IMG/VR virus record: IMGVR_UViG_3300031857_000025
Strand: one strand, 5' to 3'
Length of the DNA stretch: 64,000 nt
Origin: a virus
The translations under genes and the position numbers were made by a program. The notes below the pieces were generated by a model. It ran no database searches. It was given only the letters and a program-made list of their open reading frames with translations, and had not been told where the DNA came from. This document shows positions 59,138 to 64,000 of this stretch, piece by piece. Positions within the stretch are counted from its first letter, which is position 1; each line of letters begins with the position of its first letter.

Positions 59138-60880
59138 ATGGCAACTACACAATATAATCAATTAGCAATTGCATACAAAAAATTATCCGGAAAGTCTCAT
59201 ACTAGCGTCAATTTTGACCCTGGCAATGAAACAATCGGATCTGGTGTACAAATATCAGCATTACAAACATTCGGTCAAGATGTATCAACTACTACTGCAG
59301 TACGTTCTACAGCATTAGGTAATACATCCACAAATGCATCTGGTGAAACTGTAGTACAGTATGTAAGATTCACGTTAACGGGAATTGGTACATCACTAGT
59401 AGCCACTGGACTTGGTAATGTAACAGGCAATACTAGTATCGATGATACCGGAAATGAAACAGCAGCTGCAAGCTTGTATCATGCATATGCGTTATCATTA
59501 CCATCAGACTATGAAAGTAATTCCGCATATGCACATACAAAACGCGGAACATTTCCATTCAAAGCTAATCAATCATTTTCTGGAAGTAATGGTAGGTTAC
59601 AAGTAATACCTGCACGATTTGCTTCCGGTTCTATTATCGACCAGTTTGATCCTAAGGTATTAGAAAGCAATGTCACCACAGAAATCACACCAGGTGATCC
59701 TATTGATTGGGTGTTTGATCCTTTTGCTGGAGTATTATATGTACAAGATCCTAGTTCAACTAAAACGCCTGGATTTATAGAAGGCTATTTGTATATCGGT
59801 AATTATGTCGATGAAGTTATAAATAGTATTGAAGGAGGTGGTGGTGGTTCTGGTAATTATATATCATCAAGTAATGGTAATAATATTGTATCGGCGAGTA
59901 ATGAAAATATTTTAGTACAAGGCGATTACACTACTACAGCAGTTACAATTGTTAATTTAAGTACTACCTCAGCATCATTTGGTGTTCCGGTAGTAGCGAC
60001 ATCATTTACTGGTAGTTTACAAGGAACTGGAAGTTGGTCAGTAGTGGCTGTATCGGCTAGTATTACGGATAATACTAGTACTAATGCAAGTTATTATCCA
60101 GTATTTGTAACAGCATCAGGTAGTCAGGCATTAACTATTGATACTAATACATTATCTTATAATCCAAGTACTAACATATTAACAACTACTGCAAGCTCAG
60201 CATTGACTGCTAGTAATATTAGTACAGCATTTGTCGGGTCAATAGTAGCACCTAATAATCAAATTTTAATATCTAACGGTACTGGTCAAGTTACTGGCAG
60301 TGGATTATTAAGTTTTAACCCTGCTGTGGACGGTGGTCAATTAACTATCGGTGCAGTGACTATAGATGAGAATTCATTTAATAGTACTAATAATGCATTT
60401 ACTTTTAATTTCGGAAGCTCATTAGACAATTATATAGAAATAACCAATGCTAATAACCCTAATGCGGCATTAATAACATTTAATTTATCAGCTAGTTTTA
60501 CTGGTGATACTACATTTGTAAATGCTAATAATAGTGTTTTTGATGACCAGTTTATTTTGTTAGCATCTGGATCAGCTGCTGGTTCTTCTGATCTAGATTC
60601 GGGTATTGTATTTGAATATGGTGATCAAATAGGTACTGGTTCGGCATTGTTTTTTGACGCTTTTTCAACTAAACGTTTAGCATTCCGTTATTCAGCATCT
60701 ATATCAGATACTAATATGACACCCCAATCGTATATTACAACTACATTTGTACATGGCGTTGGTAGTATTAATAGTACCTCTGACGTGGATAATAATTTTA
60801 CAAATGCTGGTGGTTTAGCTACTAACAGTCATGGACTTATGTTTATTGATGATGTCGGTAATATTTATATTAAATCGTAA
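59138..60880 (+). CDS. tail fibre protein
   Basis: N-terminal ~225 aa shared with 61424..63841; DQFILLASGS...DSGIVF fibre-like C-terminus. Confidence 0.65.
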   Translation: MATTQYNQLAIAYKKLSGKSHTSVNFDPGNETIGSGVQISALQTFGQDVSTTTAVRSTALGNTSTNASGETVVQYVRFTLTGIGTSLVATGLGNVTGNTSIDDTGNETAAASLYHAYALSLPSDYESNSAYAHTKRGTFPFKANQSFSGSNGRLQVIPARFASGSIIDQFDPKVLESNVTTEITPGDPIDWVFDPFAGVLYVQDPSSTKTPGFIEGYLYIGNYVDEVINSIEGGGGGSGNYISSSNGNNIVSASNENILVQGDYTTTAVTIVNLSTTSASFGVPVVATSFTGSLQGTGSWSVVAVSASITDNTSTNASYYPVFVTASGSQALTIDTNTLSYNPSTNILTTTASSALTASNISTAFVGSIVAPNNQILISNGTGQVTGSGLLSFNPAVDGGQLTIGAVTIDENSFNSTNNAFTFNFGSSLDNYIEITNANNPNAALITFNLSASFTGDTTFVNANNSVFDDQFILLASGSAAGSSDLDSGIVFEYGDQIGTGSALFFDAFSTKRLAFRYSASISDTNMTPQSYITTTFVHGVGSINSTSDVDNNFTNAGGLATNSHGLMFIDDVGNIYIKS

Positions 60881-60899
60881 ATATATAAAACAATTAGTT

Positions 60900-61118
60900 A
60901 TGGCACTAGCAGATAAATTTATAACAGATACTGAAATAAAACATGATATTGTATCAAACAAGTTAACTACAGAAGAATTAGATTTTTTATTACATTATTT
61001 ACGTAATGCTGATCTGAAAGGATATCAAGTTGAAATGTTTTATAATCTAGTTATCAAATTGCAAAATCAATATATCGAACATTCAAATAAAGGTTACAAT
61101 GGAAATCAATCTAGCTGA
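60900..61118 (+). CDS. small helical protein (fibre chaperone-like)
   Basis: Likely start ATG 60900; LTTEELDFLL...LVIKLQ. Confidence 0.55.
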   Translation: MALADKFITDTEIKHDIVSNKLTTEELDFLLHYLRNADLKGYQVEMFYNLVIKLQNQYIEHSNKGYNGNQSS

Positions 61119-61296
61119 AATACAAACCATACGCGCGGCATTAGATGTAATTACAATTACTGGTAAAGATGCTATTTTTATTGCAAACTTACAGACAAAA
61201 CTATCAAATGAAATTACACGACTTCAAAGTACGACGCAAAATTTACCGAACGATAAACCAGTATCAGCTGTACAGAAATCTAACTCAAAAAAATAA
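61099..61296 (+). CDS. small helical protein (fibre chaperone-like)
   Basis: ITITGKDAIFIANLQTKL; resembles the preceding gene. Confidence 0.55.
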   Translation: MEINLAEIQTIRAALDVITITGKDAIFIANLQTKLSNEITRLQSTTQNLPNDKPVSAVQKSNSKK

Positions 61297-61423
61297 CTAG
61301 TATATTTATATATAGAATCTACTAGTATTCATGCATAGTAAAGGAATAATGTTTATATTAAACGTATACGCTATAATAGAGTTAACTATAATTACTAATA
61401 TTATTAGCTAATAATAAGTTCAT

Positions 61424-63841
61424 ATGGCAACTACTCAGTATAATCAATTAGCAATTGCATACAAAAAATTATCTGGCAAATCACATACTAGCGTCAATTT
61501 TGACCCTGGCAATGAAACAATTGGATCAGGTGTACAGATATCAGCGTTTCAGGCATTTGGTCAAGATGTATCAACTACCACAGCAGTACGTACTGGGGCA
61601 ACGTTAGGTAATACATATGCAAATGCATCTGGTGAAACTGTAGTACAATATGTAAGATTCACGTTAACAGGAATTGGTACATCACTGGTACTTACGGAAC
61701 CAGGTGATATATCAGGTACTAGTATTGATGATACCGGAGAAATTTCAGCAGCCGCAAGTTTACATCATGCATATGCATTAGCACTGCCGTCAGACTATCA
61801 AAGTAATTCCGCGTATACGCATGCAAAACGTGGAACATTTCCATTCACGGCTAATCAATCATTCTCCGGAAGTAACGGTAGACTACAAGTTATTCCTGCA
61901 CGATTTGCTTCCGGATCTATTATCGACCAGTTTGATCCTAAGGTATTAAAATCAGATTTAACAGAAATTACGCCAGGTGATCCTATTGATTGGGTGTTTG
62001 ATCCTTTTGCCGGAGTATTATATGTACAAGATCCTAGTGTTAGTACTGTTCCAGCCTTCATAGAAGGCTATTTGTATATTGGCAATTATATTAGCGAAAT
62101 AATAAATAATGGTACATCGTTTTCTGGGCTAACACCATACCGTGCAGTATATGCAAGTTCTTCAACATCAATAACTACTGAGCCATTAACTAATGTACGT
62201 CTATTACGAGAATTTGACCCAGGTTCTGGAAATTTTGGACAAATACTGCAAGCGGGTATAAATAATGCACCGACAGGTGCTATTCTTGATTGTACGTCAT
62301 ATACTGGATCTCAACAAATAACAGAGACCGTTGTTTTTACTAAACCAATCAGTATACGTTTAGGCGAAATTAATATTACAGCTAGTTTTGCATCACCAAC
62401 AACTCAGTCCCATGCATTTTTAATACAAGGAATAAACGGCGTATCAATTGAAGGTTTAGGTAGATCACCAAAAGCTGATCTGTTAGTATCACCTACTACT
62501 ATTGAAATGAGAACTTCAGGATCTGGGTATCATATTTTTGCTACTGGTTCAAATGTACTTACATTTGAAGGTTTCGACTGTTACGGTATACAAAGTGATA
62601 ATTACAATATTAGATCGGGCTCGGGTGGCATATGTTTAATTGAACCTGATCCAGATGTCAGTGGCGGAGGAAATAACGTTAACCAAGTGCTCCTAGAAAG
62701 CGTTTACGTACAAGGCACGCGTGATCATGGTATATGGGTAGTAGGCGCGATTCTAGCTCAAATACGTAATTGTCGTGTTGCTCAAGCTGGTGGCCATGGA
62801 TTTTATGTATCTACAGGAACAACATCTACCTATATTCTTAATTGTTATGCTAGTTCTGGCGAATTAGCTGGTTTTTGCATAGACGGATCAAGCTATACCC
62901 AGTTACAAAACTGCGCGGCTGAATTTTTTGGTGTAGGATATTGGTTACGAAGTTCATTTAATATTTCTTTGTTAGGATGTGGAGCTGAACAAAACACACC
63001 AAAGACGAACGTACCTAATAACCTAGGAATAGTATTTCCTAATAGCCTAGGATCATATGCAGTTAATGATATAGGTAGTGGTTTTACGAATGAATTTAGG
63101 GGTACAAATTATCTAATAACTGGTGGAAGAAATATCTACATACCAGTGCCATATTCAAAAGATCCAGGTGATAATGCATTTGCTACTGTAGTTGAATATA
63201 ACGGTACTCGTCATTATAAAATACGAGGAAATGCTCGTGCAGTATATCTGGTTAATCCTAGGTGCACTGGTGATACGCCACTGCGATATGATATCAGTAT
63301 TGAAGATGATGGTACCAATGCTCCTCGTGATGTGAATTTGTTTTTTAATCCAGTCGAAGACGGTACTGTACATTTGCTCACTCAGGATATATTTACAAGT
63401 TCATATGCTACAGGTACTATACTTACAAATACTGGCCGTTATATATACACTGGTAGTAATAGTGGACCCGGCGCGGCTCTTAGTTCGTCAGTTATTTTAG
63501 ACCAAGGTGATAACACGGAAATTAAAAATGGTACTATATATTATACAAGTTTAATTGCTAATCTACAAGGCACATCATCCTGGGCAAATAATAGTTTACA
63601 GACAGTTACGGCATCATATGCCTTTACTGCTTCATATATAGATCCAATATTTATATCATCATCAGCCGCAGCATCAGGATTTGGTGCTGGCGGAGGTGGT
63701 GGCGTAACACAAATTACAGCCGGCTCTAATATTACAATTGACCCGGTCGGGGGTACTGGTAACGTTACTATTAATTCTACCGGCGGTGGCACCAACCTAG
63801 GATTAGTATATGCAGTTTCATTAGGATATTTAATGCCTTGA
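61424..63841 (+). CDS. tailspike/receptor-binding protein with right-handed beta-helix (depolymerase-like)
   Basis: Parallel beta-helix repeats DHGIWV..AQIRNCRV..GHGFYV..YILNCYA..AGFCID..QLQNCAA. Confidence 0.75.
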   Translation: MATTQYNQLAIAYKKLSGKSHTSVNFDPGNETIGSGVQISAFQAFGQDVSTTTAVRTGATLGNTYANASGETVVQYVRFTLTGIGTSLVLTEPGDISGTSIDDTGEISAAASLHHAYALALPSDYQSNSAYTHAKRGTFPFTANQSFSGSNGRLQVIPARFASGSIIDQFDPKVLKSDLTEITPGDPIDWVFDPFAGVLYVQDPSVSTVPAFIEGYLYIGNYISEIINNGTSFSGLTPYRAVYASSSTSITTEPLTNVRLLREFDPGSGNFGQILQAGINNAPTGAILDCTSYTGSQQITETVVFTKPISIRLGEINITASFASPTTQSHAFLIQGINGVSIEGLGRSPKADLLVSPTTIEMRTSGSGYHIFATGSNVLTFEGFDCYGIQSDNYNIRSGSGGICLIEPDPDVSGGGNNVNQVLLESVYVQGTRDHGIWVVGAILAQIRNCRVAQAGGHGFYVSTGTTSTYILNCYASSGELAGFCIDGSSYTQLQNCAAEFFGVGYWLRSSFNISLLGCGAEQNTPKTNVPNNLGIVFPNSLGSYAVNDIGSGFTNEFRGTNYLITGGRNIYIPVPYSKDPGDNAFATVVEYNGTRHYKIRGNARAVYLVNPRCTGDTPLRYDISIEDDGTNAPRDVNLFFNPVEDGTVHLLTQDIFTSSYATGTILTNTGRYIYTGSNSGPGAALSSSVILDQGDNTEIKNGTIYYTSLIANLQGTSSWANNSLQTVTASYAFTASYIDPIFISSSAAASGFGAGGGGGVTQITAGSNITIDPVGGTGNVTINSTGGGTNLGLVYAVSLGYLMP

Positions 63842-63864
63842 TAATTATATAAAAGAGATACATT

Positions 63865-64000
63865 ATGTCACAGAATACGGCTCCAATATTTACACAAACA
63901 CCTGATATTCAATTTGCTAGAATGATCACAACAGCAAATCCAGATCACACCATGGCAACTGGAGTAAGTTCATCAATATTTCTAGCAGGCCCTTCAGGTA
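63865..64000 (+). CDS. hypothetical virion protein, 3'-truncated
   Basis: MSQNTAPIFTQTPDIQF... open to the window end. Confidence 0.55.
   Translation, partial: MSQNTAPIFTQTPDIQFARMITTANPDHTMATGVSSSIFLAGPSG

Larger units (their letters stand above)
59138..62089 (+). repeat. direct ~670 bp duplication (59138-59806 and 61424-62089)
   Basis: Near-identical DNA and protein from MATTQYNQLAIAYKKL to FIEGYLYIGNY. Confidence 0.95.

Noticed and set aside
789-60899. Longer upstream starts in the ORF track (789, 5705, 8435, 11864, 31635, 60831)
   Set aside because: They overlap upstream genes or promoters; downstream ATGs (846, 5774, 8468, 11885, 31671, 60900) fit the leaders and domain starts better
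4269-61310. T4 TATAAATA late promoters firing on the minus strand
   Set aside because: No credible minus-strand genes; motif position tracks + strand starts, and several copies read TATTTATT, which breaks the T4 box
59138-62089. Diversity-generating retroelement TR/VR pair
   Set aside because: Differences between the copies are not adenine-specific, both copies are 5' coding regions, and no reverse transcriptase is in the window
106-63795. Minus-strand ORFs in the track (e.g. 13645..14337, 47300..47944, 40317..40841)
   Set aside because: They lie opposite well-supported + strand genes and have no recognisable motifs; treated as shadow ORFs
1-64000. Stop-codon reassignment, as in some large phages
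   Set aside because: Core genes (terminase, portal, capsid, SbcCD) are full length under the standard code and coding density is high
1-64000. CRISPR array, tRNA or rRNA genes
   Set aside because: No repeat-spacer periodicity or cloverleaf seen; intergenic gaps are short and AT-rich

Overview
A 64 kb AT-rich segment of a large T4-like tailed phage genome, with essentially all genes on the + strand. The host is most likely Bacteroidota, based on TTTG-N19/20-TAnnTTTA promoters, Hc1-like and DUF4494-like genes, a Q-rule-type signal peptide and a Bacteroidota-like bS21. Gene order: small accessory and putative internal head genes, methyltransferase, Hsp20, UvsE, ClpP, HD hydrolase and gp55-like late sigma (1-14 kb); baseplate and tail module (14-31.6 kb); endonuclease I, primase and a fused SbcD-SbcC (31.6-36.3 kb); fibre protein and a nucleotidyltransferase/ligase-like fusion (36.3-41.5 kb); terminase, portal, prohead protease, bS21, scaffold, major capsid and PhoH (44-56.5 kb); tail-fibre and depolymerase genes (56.7-64 kb). 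Strongest unexplained signals: (1) late genes carry AGGA-type Shine-Dalgarno (SD) leaders while host-promoter genes and the phage bS21 itself do not, suggesting a phage ribosomal-protein translational switch; (2) a recurring ATATTTAT late-promoter motif; (3) about 10 proteins with prohead-protease-type leaders, including enzyme cargo (GNAT; HxGH nucleotidyltransferase plus ligase-like domain); (4) a long-range RNA helix clamping hsp20; (5) a pervasive [S/T]-[G/A/S]-S motif in external virion proteins. All assignments come from reading motifs by eye; no searches were run.
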